Under the pieces are notes generated by a model that saw only the letters and a program-made list of their open reading frames with translations, had not been told where the DNA came from and did not search any database. A stretch of 64,000 nucleotides of DNA from Diplonema japonicum (taxonomy: Eukaryota > Protista > Euglenozoa: Diplonemea): contig OZ025653.1 of NCBI GenBank assembly GCA_964019335.1, positions 434,001 through 498,000 of the forward strand, in the 5' to 3' direction. The position numbers were made by a program, and so were the translations under genes. Numbering within the stretch: position 1 is the stretch's first letter; each line of letters opens with the position of its first letter. Positions 1-11,798 of the stretch are shown piece after piece.

Positions 1-3000
1 TGAGCTTCAGCTGATTGAGTAAGTTCTTGAGGAACTCCTTGACAGATATCGTCTGCGTCCTAACCAGGTGTGGTATACTCTTCATTTCCGCCTTCATCCG
101 CCGCACCTGCTTTAGAACAGCACGCAAGGCTTTCAAAAATGTCTTTTTACTAGTAGCGGAAGCATCTGTGTGGAGAGCCTCAGGAAACGGGGATTGAGTT
201 GCGGTCAGAAGTGGCGATATGGCCTCAACCTCTTCTAGATGCGCAGAGAATTCCCACGTAGAAGGGTTAGCGGCGAGGCTATTGATGGCTCGCTGCAGGC
301 CTGTAGTGCCTGTGACCTTTTTCCCGTTCACACCAAGCAGCTTCATGCCCCTGAGGATGCCCACCTCACTCGCTAAGGACCTCGGCACCACATCTGCCAC
401 TGTGAAACCCTCGCCGTCGCCCCGCCAGTTGATTCCCAGCTGCTTCGTACCACCTTTAATTTCGAACACCAACGTGCCGACCTTCTTCTCGAGAGGTTTC
501 TCTTCTTTGATTGCGGGTGACTGCGGTGGTTTAAGCTCCTTCATTGTGTTCTTGATGATGCTCCTGAGTAGCGCAGCACCACCGGGCGGCTCCCCATTCA
601 AGGAGTCTTCCGGGTTCAAAAGTGAACTTGAAGAAGCTCTGGACGCCGGCTGTTGCTCGTCACGTACTAGCTCCTGAAGGACTTGCTTAAGATTCTCTTC
701 AGACAGTTCCGAGCAGCTATCGAAGCCCACCCTCGACTGCAGCAGACGACGTAGCACCGCATTCTCCTTGCGTTCTATCTCAAGAGTTTGAGTATCAAAG
801 GAGGGCTGTAGACACGAAAACCCTGAGTCAAAACTTGATGGCCTCAGAATAGGCGATAAACACCTGCCCTCAGACCCTCGCCGGATTCCAGACCCTTTCC
901 TACTAGACGACTCGTCATCAGAAGGTGCCGCACTGTAGGCAGGGGACACTGACGCTGACCTGATTTTCTTTGATTTCCTCCTCTTTTTTTGGTCTTTAGA
1001 GGGTGTTACTAGTTGCCGCAAGAGCTTCAGTTCCTTACTTTGTTCATCAACCTTCATTTTGAGCTCGTCGCACTTTATCTCCGTCTTCAGCCGCAAAGCG
1101 TCGGATGTTGTGAGTTCAACATTCGCAACATGTGCCTCTACAGACCGCACTTCGAGCGACTCGGTGAGTTTTTTCACGTGTGCTCGCGTCTCTGTCAATT
1201 CTGTGCGCAACTTCTGGACAGTGACAGCTGGAACAGAGGATTGGTCGGCCTTGTCCTTTAGCCGCTGTGCCCGCACCTTCGACTCTATTTGACGTGTCTC
1301 TTTCTCATCGTGATACTGCTTCTCGGTGTGCAGTAGTTTCTCAGTCAACAGCTCCTTTGCCTCTATAACGTCTCTAAGTTCTCCTTTCGTCTTGCGCACA
1401 GCCGCCTCCAGCTCGCCCACTTTCCTTTTACAAGACTCCACATTTGCATTTGCATTCTGCTGCAGTTCCAGCATCTTGTTCTGCATGCGCTGCTCGCATT
1501 GTGCAAGGTCCGCATTGCGTTGTTTTGTCATTTCCTTCTGCGCCTTCTCCCTTTCTTCTTTGACTTGCTGTAGCAGCTTCTCTCCGTAAACACGTATGTC
1601 CTCGCGTATCGAGTCGTAGAGTTTCACGTACTCCTCACCCTGTGCCACGGCGGCGCGTGTTTGCCTTCTCTCCCCCGTTGCTGTGACTGTGGCCCTGCTC
1701 AGATTTCGTATCTTCGTTTTACCCATTTCTGCAACATTCTTGATGCACCCTAAGTACTTGTCAGCGAGTGCAGTGTTTCTTTGGTTGGGGTTCTCCTGCA
1801 CACTCTGTGACATGTACATGTCGCACCATTGCTCCATCTGGTGGAGGTCGCTCATGACTTCCTTGCAGCATGCGTTCCAGTCCTTCAGCATCTCGTTGCG
1901 TGCATCGATGGTCTCGGTGAGGGATGCAATCCCCTTCTTGGCGTTGTCAAGTTGGATGGCTTTTTGGTTCTGCGTGCGCCGTAACGCGTCATCCTTGGAC
2001 CTGCTGGACTTCGTGATGTGTTTGACTTCTTCACGGGTCTTCATGAGCTGTGCTTGGAGAGACGTGTCGCTGCTGTTGATGTCAGAGACTTCCAACGCTA
2101 GGACTTCGAGCAGTGCGTGCAACTCGTTGAGCTGCGCCTGCGTCCTGAACGTCTGCGATCGTGACAGAGGAGAGGCTTCAGGGGATGCCTCAGGGGTGCT
2201 GTCATCGATGTCGGACTTTATCCTTGCAAGCACCGAGCTCGCACGGCGTAGCTTGGACAGCATCAAGTCCGGCAACAGAGCCGTCCCTTCAGCAGGTGTG
2301 GACAACGAGTGGTCGTCGACGCTCTCCTCCTCTGGCATAGGGGTGATGGACTTCCGCTTTGTCGATGTGAAGGAGTTAACGGCCGCATCATACAGCTTCG
2401 AGGTCTGCCCTGGAGTGAACCACGAATTAAGCACCTCAGACAGATCCGCAGTATTGTTATTGAGCCTTGCAATGTGTCCCAACACCGACACAAACTGCTT
2501 GAAGGTCAGCGTTTTCGTGGAAGCGTCGCATATGGCATGGAAAGGCTGGTTTTGGAAGGAGGGGATGTTGAACTTCGCGCTCACCATCTGCCATTCTTCA
2601 AATGTCATAAAGTTGACCCCTTCTGAGCATGCTGCTTTGAAGAGGCTGAGGACGAAGGCGGACATCTGCGGGCCGAGGGTCGTGTCGCCCAGTTTCTTGG
2701 CGATCTCCAACGTGACAGTCCCGCCGTCGAGGTATTGCCGACGGGCGATGGCCTCCTCACTATTGTGCACGGTGACGGCGACCACCAGCAGCGAGGTGAA
2801 CGAGACAACGATACGCTCCTGGCTGACGATTTCAGAGTTGACGTACAAACCTTCAAAGTGCATGTCTGCTGGCGCAGGGGGTATCTCCATCTTCAAAGAC
2901 TCACAGGTATCTAAGTCCGGGAACTGAATATAAGCAGGAGGTATGTTTGGCCCCCACTGGATAGAAACATAAAGTCCAAGCTGAAGAATACCAAGGTTAA

Positions 3001-3907
3001 ACCCTGTCACGGTGCAAGTGCCGCCTTCATGGTGCACCCTCGTCGGTGTGATGGTAGTCACAGTCGGCGTTGGGATAATGGCGGTGGTCACTTCTGGAAG
3101 AAACAGTGTCTTTCCAAGCCCTTTAAGAGGAGAGAAATATTCTCTGATGAGATGCTCGAGCCGAGCAATGGGGGTGAGCGCGGAGGGAACCTTGCTAGGG
3201 TCGATGATTTCCATTGCAACAGTGTAGAGAACGGATGCGAGGTGTTTGATGCTTGTGATGCATTGGTTCGTGTCACGCGTGGCCTCGGTAAGGAGGCGCT
3301 GTACAGTGGCAACGGAGAGGGTGGGGATGAGCTCGAACTCTTTGCAGAGCTTTTCGAAGGAGCCGTTGGTTATCTTCCCGTCCTCCTGAAAGATTTCAAA
3401 CAGCAATGTTAACGGGGAATTGTACAACCATAAAAGGTCCCCAAAAGATTCAGTCCGGACAAGTCTTTGAACAGGCAGCATCGCTTGTTGTTTATAAGGT
3501 ATCAAAAAGTGTTGAAGAATCTTTTGAAACGGTGTTCCCAGGTCTGCAGAAGGACATGACGGTTCATGAGCAACAGTGAACCTGTAAAACAGAAGGCCCC
3601 ATGCTTCCAAGTCAAGTCCTTCCTTGTTCTGGCTGGCATCTGAACAATACTCAAAAATGGAAGATATGATTTCCGGAGACGCAATTCGTTGTACGCTGCT
3701 TTCTTCCAAAAACTTCAACCATCTCACCCTTGTCAAGACCTTGTGCTCCAGTTCCCAGCCGTGTCCTGTGGCACATAGGAATCCGTTTGTCAAGACCTGG
3801 TCAACCCAGGTTTCTTTTCTGATCTCCGCCACTGCTTTCTTCTGATCACTAGCCGAGCCCAACTTAGATAACCTCTCTACCTTTTCGTCCTCGCTCACCT
3901 CTTCCAT
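1..3907 (-). CDS. Large protein (>1300 aa, runs off the window): IPT/TIG-like, EF-hand-like, long coiled coil and PDZ domain
   Basis: Frame opens at ATG 3907 (MEEVSEDEKVERLSKLG...) and is still in register at position 1; absent from the ORF track because it has no stop in the window. PTVTTITPTRVHHEGGTCTVTGFNLG is IPT-like; KQLGINWRGDGEGFTVADVVPRSLASEVGILRGMKLLGVNGKKV (~300-460) is PDZ-like. Confidence 0.8.
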   Translation of the reverse strand, partial: MEEVSEDEKVERLSKLGSASDQKKAVAEIRKETWVDQVLTNGFLCATGHGWELEHKVLTRVRWLKFLEESSVQRIASPEIISSIFEYCSDASQNKEGLDLEAWGLLFYRFTVAHEPSCPSADLGTPFQKILQHFLIPYKQQAMLPVQRLVRTESFGDLLWLYNSPLTLLFEIFQEDGKITNGSFEKLCKEFELIPTLSVATVQRLLTEATRDTNQCITSIKHLASVLYTVAMEIIDPSKVPSALTPIARLEHLIREYFSPLKGLGKTLFLPEVTTAIIPTPTVTTITPTRVHHEGGTCTVTGFNLGILQLGLYVSIQWGPNIPPAYIQFPDLDTCESLKMEIPPAPADMHFEGLYVNSEIVSQERIVVSFTSLLVVAVTVHNSEEAIARRQYLDGGTVTLEIAKKLGDTTLGPQMSAFVLSLFKAACSEGVNFMTFEEWQMVSAKFNIPSFQNQPFHAICDASTKTLTFKQFVSVLGHIARLNNNTADLSEVLNSWFTPGQTSKLYDAAVNSFTSTKRKSITPMPEEESVDDHSLSTPAEGTALLPDLMLSKLRRASSVLARIKSDIDDSTPEASPEASPLSRSQTFRTQAQLNELHALLEVLALEVSDINSSDTSLQAQLMKTREEVKHITKSSRSKDDALRRTQNQKAIQLDNAKKGIASLTETIDARNEMLKDWNACCKEVMSDLHQMEQWCDMYMSQSVQENPNQRNTALADKYLGCIKNVAEMGKTKIRNLSRATVTATGERRQTRAAVAQGEEYVKLYDSIREDIRVYGEKLLQQVKEEREKAQKEMTKQRNADLAQCEQRMQNKMLELQQNANANVESCKRKVGELEAAVRKTKGELRDVIEAKELLTEKLLHTEKQYHDEKETRQIESKVRAQRLKDKADQSSVPAVTVQKLRTELTETRAHVKKLTESLEVRSVEAHVANVELTTSDALRLKTEIKCDELKMKVDEQSKELKLLRQLVTPSKDQKKRRKSKKIRSASVSPAYSAAPSDDESSSRKGSGIRRGSEGRCLSPILRPSSFDSGFSCLQPSFDTQTLEIERKENAVLRRLLQSRVGFDSCSELSEENLKQVLQELVRDEQQPASRASSSSLLNPEDSLNGEPPGGAALLRSIIKNTMKELKPPQSPAIKEEKPLEKKVGTLVFEIKGGTKQLGINWRGDGEGFTVADVVPRSLASEVGILRGMKLLGVNGKKVTGTTGLQRAINSLAANPSTWEFSAHLEEVEAISPLLTATQSPFPEALHTDASATSKKTFLKALRAVLKQVRRMKAEMKSIPHLVRTQTISVKEFLKNLLNQLKL

Positions 3908-4037
3908 CACTACTTTTCTTTTCATTTTCTTTTTTTCACGCTCTTCACCCCATTCCTTTGTTCCCTTTTTTTTTGCCCTCTTGCTTGGAGGAAAGAAAAT
4001 GGAAAATCAGAAAAAGAACTTAGAATAAAACAGCTTT

Positions 4038-4068
<31 letters not shown>

Positions 4069-4686
4069 TGTTTTGCTCTGGGGTATTGGGAAGGGGGAAG
4101 AGAAATGAAAAAAAGAAAAAACCGAACAAAAAAGAAGAAGAAAGCCGCGAAGGTGCAGAGAGAACCGAAAAAAGAGGGGGGGGAACCTTAACTGTCGGAA
4201 TATGGTTTCTTTTCTTCTACTCTCCACACTTCGGGTCGGCACGTTCCCCCCCCCCCCCCCCCCCCCCTTGATTTTCTTTCACGCCCAAATTCTTGTTTTT
4301 TGATAACTAACAAATAACAAGCGTTTTTATTCATCACACAGGAAAACTCGGTAACATCTCGGGTGTGCGAGGGGGGAGAGCCGCTCACCATATCATTCAA
4401 TAAAGAAATTCACACCGCAAAAAAAAAAAAAAGAAAAAAAATAGTGATGTAGCTTGTTGGGGAAGGCACCTCGCAGGAAGCCTTCCCTCCCCCCACCCCT
4501 CCCCCCCGATTGCACAACAATACAACCGACTTCATTTTCTCCCCCCCCCCCCCCCCACTTTCCCTTTTCTCCCTCTTTTGATAAAAAAATATTACGGAGG
4601 AGTCAACAAAGAACTTTAACTTTTTTTTTTTTTTTTTCTAAAACACTATTTTTTTTTTTTTTTAAAAAAATTTAAAAAAAAAACCC

Positions 4687-5985
4687 TCAAATCCCCTCGT
4701 TTCGTTTTTCAGAAAGCTCCCTGGCCTTCACGCAAGCACAGTCAAACAACTTTCGATACTGGGATTTTTGCCTGGCGGGGGTCAGGGAGTACAAATTGTC
4801 CGTATATATCTCGTTCAACAGCAAATCCACCTGCACCAAGTCACCCATACAAGAATAATACTCCAAAAAGGCAGTTCTGGTACGCCGCCAAGACGCGTGG
4901 TGCTGGTGATGGATCTGAACACCAATGAGATCAAACGGCGGCGACAGCGAAATAGAAGAAAGATGCGAAAGCGTCGCAAGCAGGATGTCAGGTGACGACT
5001 CCAACTTCCCGTCGGCGGCCGCTCTCGTGATAGAACACTCCGCACTATCGAGCATCCCGAAATGAGTATAAAACAAGAGCGACACGACCTCAAATCGGTT
5101 GCTTTCTTCTTTGCTTGTTTGTGAGATTCCCAACGCATCTTCCAACACTCGAATCCCTCTTTCCTTCTCACCCTTGACCATACACAGTCTGACGTACTGC
5201 GCGTAGTGGTCCAACGAAACGGCAACACCTTCCTCCTCCATCATCATAAAAACCCCATCCACGGTCTCGAAATCGATTTTCTCACCCAGCTTAACGTATC
5301 CTTGCAATATCGCAGTGTAGAATTGCGGGCTCCTCCGTAACATGTCGCGCATGAAGGGAAACGTCTCCAGCTCTTCGATACCTTTTTGTATAGACAGTGT
5401 GTCGCCACCATGACCCACAGCCACAAGGAACATTCTGGTGGTCTGCGGGTCAATAGAAATATCATGTTCCCTCATCAAGGAAGTCACGCGGAATGCTGTT
5501 GTGAATGCTTTTTCCCCGCCAATCTCATCGCATAAGTGGAGAGTTGCATGAATGAAAGACCGGTATCCTGTGGATCGATGTGATGTGAAGAGTATTGTCA
5601 ATGCCTTGCAGCATAGGTCCAATGATGACGTGTATGATGCGAAGTTGAAAATTTGTGTGAACAGAGATGGTGACGCAGAGCTTGGAGGTAGGATCGTCTT
5701 GAAAAAATTGAAAGTTTCTTCAAGGTCAGGATCACACCCGCGCCATTCTGCAGCCGTGTCCAGACCAAACCCGAACAGGAGCGCGCCTCTGTGAGCATCT
5801 GTCAGTACCACTCCCCGTTGTTTTAAATCCCTGTGTATAGTGTCGACTCCAGGCCGTCCTGTTGCCTCTAACAGCTCCTCTACGCACCGTGTTCCGCTGC
5901 CCCCCGACTTGTTCTGGAATGATACCAGCGCCTCAGCATACTTATGTGTCCACCTCCGTGCGTGCAGAAGCTTCTTTGCTAGCAT
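4687..5985 (-). CDS. Pentatricopeptide-repeat-like protein, probably mitochondrial
   Basis: ~432-aa ORF from ATG 5985 with a basic N-terminus (MLAKKLLHARRW); PPR-like helical repeats (FYTAILQGYVKLG...VFMMMEEEGVAVSLDHYAQYVRLCMVKG). Confidence 0.7.
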   Translation of the reverse strand: MLAKKLLHARRWTHKYAEALVSFQNKSGGSGTRCVEELLEATGRPGVDTIHRDLKQRGVVLTDAHRGALLFGFGLDTAAEWRGCDPDLEETFNFFKTILPPSSASPSLFTQIFNFASYTSSLDLCCKALTILFTSHRSTGYRSFIHATLHLCDEIGGEKAFTTAFRVTSLMREHDISIDPQTTRMFLVAVGHGGDTLSIQKGIEELETFPFMRDMLRRSPQFYTAILQGYVKLGEKIDFETVDGVFMMMEEEGVAVSLDHYAQYVRLCMVKGEKERGIRVLEDALGISQTSKEESNRFEVVSLLFYTHFGMLDSAECSITRAAADGKLESSPDILLATLSHLSSISLSPPFDLIGVQIHHQHHASWRRTRTAFLEYYSCMGDLVQVDLLLNEIYTDNLYSLTPARQKSQYRKLFDCACVKARELSEKRNEGI

Positions 5986-6858
5986 ATTAACATGATTCAA
6001 TTTTTTTTTTGATTTTCCTTTTTGTTTCTTTTTAAATTTGGGTGGGTTGTTTATTAACTTTTCTTTTTAAAAAAAAGAAGAAGGGGGGACGACGGAAAAA
6101 AAAGGGGGGGGGACAAAAAAAATGGGAACGGAGGCGAATAATCTTTTGTTTTTCTTTCTTTCTTTTTTCTTCTTTTTTCTTTTTCTACTTATTTTGTTCG
6201 TGGGGGGGGGGGGGGGGGGGAGTGGTGGGATTTGATTTTTTTTTTTAATTCGATAGCGAAAAAAAGAAAAGAAGAAAAGAAAAAGATAAAAATGGCATTG
6301 TTTCGTTTTCATGATTTTTACTTTCTCTGCTATCTGGGCGGGGGTGGGGGGGGGAGGGCATCAAGAGAGCAAAAAAAAAAGGGGCGGAAGAAAAAAAAAA
6401 CGAAAAAGAATGACAATTTTCTTTGGAAATGATGAACGTATTCAACGAAAAGGAAAAGAGGGAGGGGGGGGAAAAAAGTCGGTAGTTGCGTTGAGCACAG
6501 CCGGGATTAACCTGTAGAAGAATAAGCCCAACAATGCTACCACTACTCTTTTCACCAACATTGGTATTGCTTTTCTTGTTCAAAAAAAAAGGGGGGTTAT
6601 CATGTCATTCTTTTTTTGTATTATGTGGGTGAGGGGCGTGCGGATGGGAATGCACCCTTTTTTTTCTTCATCCTTTTATCGTACACATCAAAAAAAAAGA
6701 CCAATTCTTATTGCGTTCCTTTTTTTTTCTTTTTTTCTTTTTGTCCGTCCCCCCTCTTTCTTTTTTTTTTGACCCTTTCTTTAGAAAAAATCGAAAAGAA
6801 AAAGAGAGAAGAGACACACGCGGATAGAGGGAGGGGGGGGGGGGGGGGGGGAGAGAAA

Positions 6859-6966
6859 CCGTTGTTTGTACGTGCTGGGTGTAGAAACCTAGGGAATCAA
6901 GAGAAGTTTGTAAACTAACACGTAAACACGTTTTCCGGCGTCCCCCTTTTGTTTAGACAAAGTCAA
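6859..6966 (-). repeat. Diverged copy 1 of a ~118-nt dispersed repeat
   Basis: Shares the blocks ccgttgtttgtacgtgc, gagaagtttgt, aaacacgttt and ttttgtttagacaaagtcaa with 17673-17790 and 41992-42109. Confidence 0.85.
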
Positions 6967-7665
6967 TGTTATTATAAAACAGACAGCCGCCGCATCGCGA
7001 GCAGTCGAGATAAAAAAAATGTTCCCTTTTAAAGGTTACTCACACTTCGGGAGGTTTTACGTGGTTGTAGGGGCATTTTAAAAGGGGGCTAAAGGGAGGA
7101 AGGCTACAGTACACAAGCAACTGCGGTGACAATGTCCTGACCACACATTCTGTCTGGTGGATCGATAAGGTGGTCCACCTTATTCCATCTAATCTGTTTT
7201 CCTTCGAATGCTTCCACTAAATAATAGTGTCTCGGAGGCTACTACGCTTTGTTGATGTGCTTGTATCTCTGCCGGAGGGAGGGGGGGGGGGGGGGGGGGG
7301 GAAGGGGATAAGTTAAATAGGGCGGTGGCAGGTGGGGGGTGAGCAAGGTGGTTCGCCCACTCCCTCCCACCCTCCCCCCCCCCCTTTTTTTTTGAATGTT
7401 CACAATGGGAAGATTTTGCTAGCAACAACCCACCATTTAAAGAAAAAAAAAGAGAAAAAAAAATAGACACATGCTAAAACACGCGAACGAAAGTTGGAAA
7501 AAAAAAATAGAAAATGAAAAAAAAAAAAAAAAAAAAAAAAGGAGGATGGAACCTTGCTTTTTCTTGTTTTTTTTAATTGTGAACGAACTGAGGGGGGGGG
7601 AAAAAAAGTAAAAAAAAAAAAAGCTCGAAAACTCGGGGAAAATAGGGAACGCAGCACAACCAGAA

Positions 7666-7705
<40 letters not shown>

Positions 7706-9535
7706 GTCCTCTCTTGTTTTCAATTTATTTAAATTCCAAATCACGGCAAAAAAAAAAAAAAAATGCTACACATGGAGAGCGCTGGGCAACGACCGCTACG
7801 TCACGTAAGAAAATATAAAAAGGGAAGGGTCCTGTAGGTACATGGGTGAATACTTACTTATTAGAAGTTAAAAAGCAGCGCATGTGTTTGTGTTTTTTGT
7901 TTTGTTTTTTTTGGAATGACATCAGAGAAGGCGGGAACTAGGGTACTGCTTCTTTTGTCCTCTATATTTTTAAATCAAATGGGGGGATGGGGTACGGAAC
8001 ACCAGATTTGGGGACGCAGGGGAGCGGGGGTATCGGGGAAAGGGTTATTGGATCAATGATAAATTGAACAAAATAAGGGGTGGGTGGGGGGGGGATAATA
8101 TTATTTTCTTTCTTTTTTTCTTTTGTACATGGGGGGGGGGGGGGGATATCGATTACGTTTTGTATGCATTTTTTTTTTCTTTTCCTTCTTCCTTTCAACT
8201 CCCGCCTACCCACGAGATACCTGATGACTTTAAAAAGAAAAAAAAGAAATCAGGCTGCGAGTGGCATTTCATTTCTTTCCTACTTCCGTTTTTCTTTAAA
8301 AAAAGGATATAAATAGGAAAAAAGAGGCTAGAATAACATTTTCTTTTTTTTTTTTCTCCTCATTTTAACCGTGCCTTTAGATATTGGATAGGTTCACCCA
8401 CTTTACATATACATAAGCCAAAAAACTGCTACCAGCTCGGCTAGTACTGCAGTGGGGAGTGTGTAGGGTTCTTTATTTTCGCCCTTTTGTCATATTCCAC
8501 TAGGGCTATATTCGCAAAGAAAAAAAAACACACACACACAGGGGGAAAAAGTGAAAACCTGCTTCTTGGCAAAAAAGAAGTACAAGTTCATTAATTATGT
8601 TCCTTTTTTTTTTTCCCCCCCCTTCGAAAACCATATTGTCAGTTTCTGTATAAAAAGAGAACAACGGGAGGGAGATAAAAAAAAAGAGAGAGAGAAAAAA
8701 AAAAAAAAAAAAAAGAATGGGCCTTCTCAGCGCGTGCACATTATCTATCGTCATTTTGTTTAACTCCTAACGCTTGCCAAACATTCTTTTTTTTTTCTTC
8801 TTGGGAAAAAGTATTTTTAGAGAAACTTTTTTTTTTTTCTTCATAGAAACTCGACGCGAAAAAGCTTTTGGCTTCCATGAGCGGGGAAAAGTGCTTTTTT
8901 TTTTTTTTTTTTTTGTTTCAAGAAAAAGGGAACAGTACTAAGAGAAAAAAAAGTTGTCTCGATTTTAGTGGTGCCATGCAGTATGTGACACAGCGGCCAC
9001 CCTTGTGAAACTTTAAAAAAAACTTTGCGAGACGCCTATTGCTCCATCCTGCCTGCATCTCAAATTAAAAGTTTTTGATCTCTAAAATTACTTCCCCTTC
9101 TTTGTTTTCTTCTTCTTTTTTTTTTTTAAAATTTCTTTCGGTGTTCAAGGGTTGCAACTTGCTATGCAACTAAAAATAATTATGCGAAACACGGAAGTCG
9201 GTAGGGAAAAAGAAAATCACAGGGAAAGGGAGGGTTAAAAACTTTTTGAGGTCCTTCTCTCATTATGTCAATGTGTTGACCATATTGGAAAAAAAAAAAT
9301 CACTGTGATAGGGAAACGAAGTGGTTCGTGACGACACAAAAAAAAAAAATTAAAAGAAGTCGTTACCCCCCACCTCCCTCTTCTTAATTCTTTCGATCTG
9401 CCTTTTTTTTTTCTTCTTTTTTTTCTTCTTCTAAAAAGGAAAGATTTTTTTTTTACCCCCCACAGGGGTGAACGTTTTTTTTTTTCATTTTTCATATAGA
9501 GCAAAAAAAAAAAAAAAAGAAAACCCTTTTATTAT

Positions 9536-10384
9536 TCACAACACATAGTTTTTCATGAATTCAAAGGTAGTGAAGGTGAGACACACCGAAGGGACTACTT
9601 TCATCAACTCCGGGGTGAGGCCCTTCCAAAGAGCGGCGGGGGAGTTCCCGGAAACCGTTGCCCAAGCTTTCGTGAACGATCCATTAAACCGAGACGCGGT
9701 GCCAGCGGCACCGTCTGTCTGCAGAATCCTACGCACGACATCAAGAGGGTGGGTAGCAAGGGATGAAGCAATACCAGCACTGGCGGCAGAGGCGAGGGTG
9801 GAGAGAAGTGTTGGGTTTTCCTTGCTCAAAGCCTTGGAACAGGTATCGTAAACCGCATAGTTCACACCAAGGTTGGGAGTTACCTGAACAAGGGTAGGCC
9901 AAAGCCCACGATAGACCCCTCTAACCCCAGTTCTTGAACCCTCTGTCCATAATGTTTTAAAAATACTGCTGGTTTCTACTTTTCCCGAAGCTATTAACGA
10001 TCTGGCAAGGTCCAAGGGGTACGCTGCCACGCAGGCAGCAGCACCTGCAATGCTCCCGTTCGCGAGTCTTAACCAAAAGTTTTCCCGTTGTTGCTGAGCT
10101 TTTAACACGGAATAGGTCCCGTGGTACACCCCACTGAAGGGTACTTTGTGAAGAACAGCTGCGGTGTTTCCTCTGAACAGCTGCATAGGGCCCTTTGTCC
10201 TTATGATCCCTTTTAATTCCCACAAAACCGATTTCTGCGACACACCTGCGTCCACCGCCGCCACCTGCCTCATGATCGTCAGTCTGGACAACGGTGCAGT
10301 CACTGTCTTACTCAACGTGCCCGCCACAGCTCCAGCTACGAACGATTTTTGCTTATCATTGCCTAGTCGCGCCTTGTTCCTCAT
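9536..10384 (-). CDS. Mitochondrial carrier family (SLC25) protein
   Basis: 282 aa with three Px[DE]xx[KR]-type motifs (APLSRLT, YPLDLAR, HPLDVVRR) and tripartite hydrophobic repeats. Confidence 0.93.
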   Translation of the reverse strand: MRNKARLGNDKQKSFVAGAVAGTLSKTVTAPLSRLTIMRQVAAVDAGVSQKSVLWELKGIIRTKGPMQLFRGNTAAVLHKVPFSGVYHGTYSVLKAQQQRENFWLRLANGSIAGAAACVAAYPLDLARSLIASGKVETSSIFKTLWTEGSRTGVRGVYRGLWPTLVQVTPNLGVNYAVYDTCSKALSKENPTLLSTLASAASAGIASSLATHPLDVVRRILQTDGAAGTASRFNGSFTKAWATVSGNSPAALWKGLTPELMKVVPSVCLTFTTFEFMKNYVL

Positions 10385-10800
10385 TATCTTTTTTTCTTTT
10401 TTGTTTTGGGATCCCGTGGGGATGGCCTAATGTGGTACAAAAGATGTGAAACAACAAAAAAAAAAGAGGAGGAGGGTAAAAAAAAAAAACTTTCATTGTC
10501 TTAGTAAACAACTCCAATCTTTTTTCTTTAAAAAAATGAAAAAGAGATATTGAAGAAAGGGGGTCCCTTTCCCCCCCCCCCCCCCTATCTCGTCAAAGTA
10601 GTTTCTTTTGGGATAAACAATGCCCGAGCGGAAGGGGGAGAAAAAAATTTAAACAAAAAAATGGGATCTAAAAGAAAAAGAGGGGGGGGGGGGGGAGAAT
10701 GCTAAACAAGGAGGAAATGAAAATGTTCTTTTTTTTTTAAAGTACTAACAATCTAGAGAAAAAAAAAAAGAAAAAAGAAAAAAAAAGACACCAAAACTTT

Positions 10801-11546
10801 TTAGAAAGCAGACCCCCCAGGCTGGGTGCCGTATTGCTGCTTCACTGGAGGCCTGTTGCTAGTCATTTCACTTTCAAGCTTCTCGAGTGAACCGTTCTTG
10901 TGGCACAAATAGCTGTGCACTACCATGTTTTGGTGGTGGATGATCTCAGGCAAGATATGCTCGCAAAATGCTATTTTGAACGCGACAACAGCTATCCCTT
11001 TCTGCATTTTTTTCTTTTTTTTCCCTCCCCCCCCCCCCTCTCTTAGAGTATAACATACATTCCACGAGCGCACATGTCCAAAGATTCGCATGTAGGACAA
11101 CTGGTTTGCCATGTCATATCTGTTTGTCTTCCAGCGCTCCAGCTCTGGGAGAAAGTCCGTACCGAATACAGTGATCTGCAGCGACCCTGTGCCGTCGGAA
11201 ACAGTCAGCAACACCTCCCTCCCGTTCTCTGAGAGGTTCCAGTCGATCAGCTTCGCCACGAGTGCTACCTGGTGCAGGATTTTCCCATCGATTTTGAACA
11301 CCTCGCCCCCGCCCTTTTCCGCACGCAGGATCATTCTGCACGTGACTGGTGTCAGCGAAGTATTTTGCCTGTAAAAAAGTTGACGTGGAAAGAAAAAAAA
11401 AAGGGTGCATACTTTTTCCCTTCATCCCCAGGGGTTCCTGGGGTTGCTCCCGGTGCGCTCGGTGACGGCACCGGATGCCCTGTGCTCTGGTCCGTCATGA
11501 ACCCTCCCGGCGCCTTCTCGAACCTATCAGCTGAGAACATACTCAT
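10801..11546 (-). CDS. RPA2: Replication protein A 32-kDa subunit-like OB-fold protein (2 introns)
   Basis: Introns 11412-11369 (44 nt) and 11058-11002 (57 nt) join GGFMT..., SLTPVTCRMI, VSDGTGSL and MRIFGHVRSWN|KGIAVVAFKI, as expected for the RPA32 OB fold. No C-terminal winged helix seen. Confidence 0.75.
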
Positions 11547-11685
11547 TTTGTCGCCTTTTTTTTTTCCTTCCCCTCTCTCTTCTAATGCCTGCAGATGAAC
11601 GATGAAGCGCGCTTGTGTGTGCTAAACAAGAATAAAATTTAAAAAGAAAAGGAGGCGTTATATAGCAAAGAGGGGAGGAACCAAA

Positions 11686-11733
<48 letters not shown>

Positions 11734-11798
11734 AAACATATAAAATAAATAAAAAAAAAAGGTGTAGAACTACTTTCTTTCCATCTCGCGTTGTCCGT

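Noticed and set aside
1683-2927. Long plus-strand ORFs (also 26340-27338, 35010-36377, 36080-37045)
   Set aside because: Antisense shadows of minus-strand genes, with no motifs of their own.
6042-9504. Many short poly-K/F/G/P ORFs in spacers
   Set aside because: Translations of homopolymer runs.
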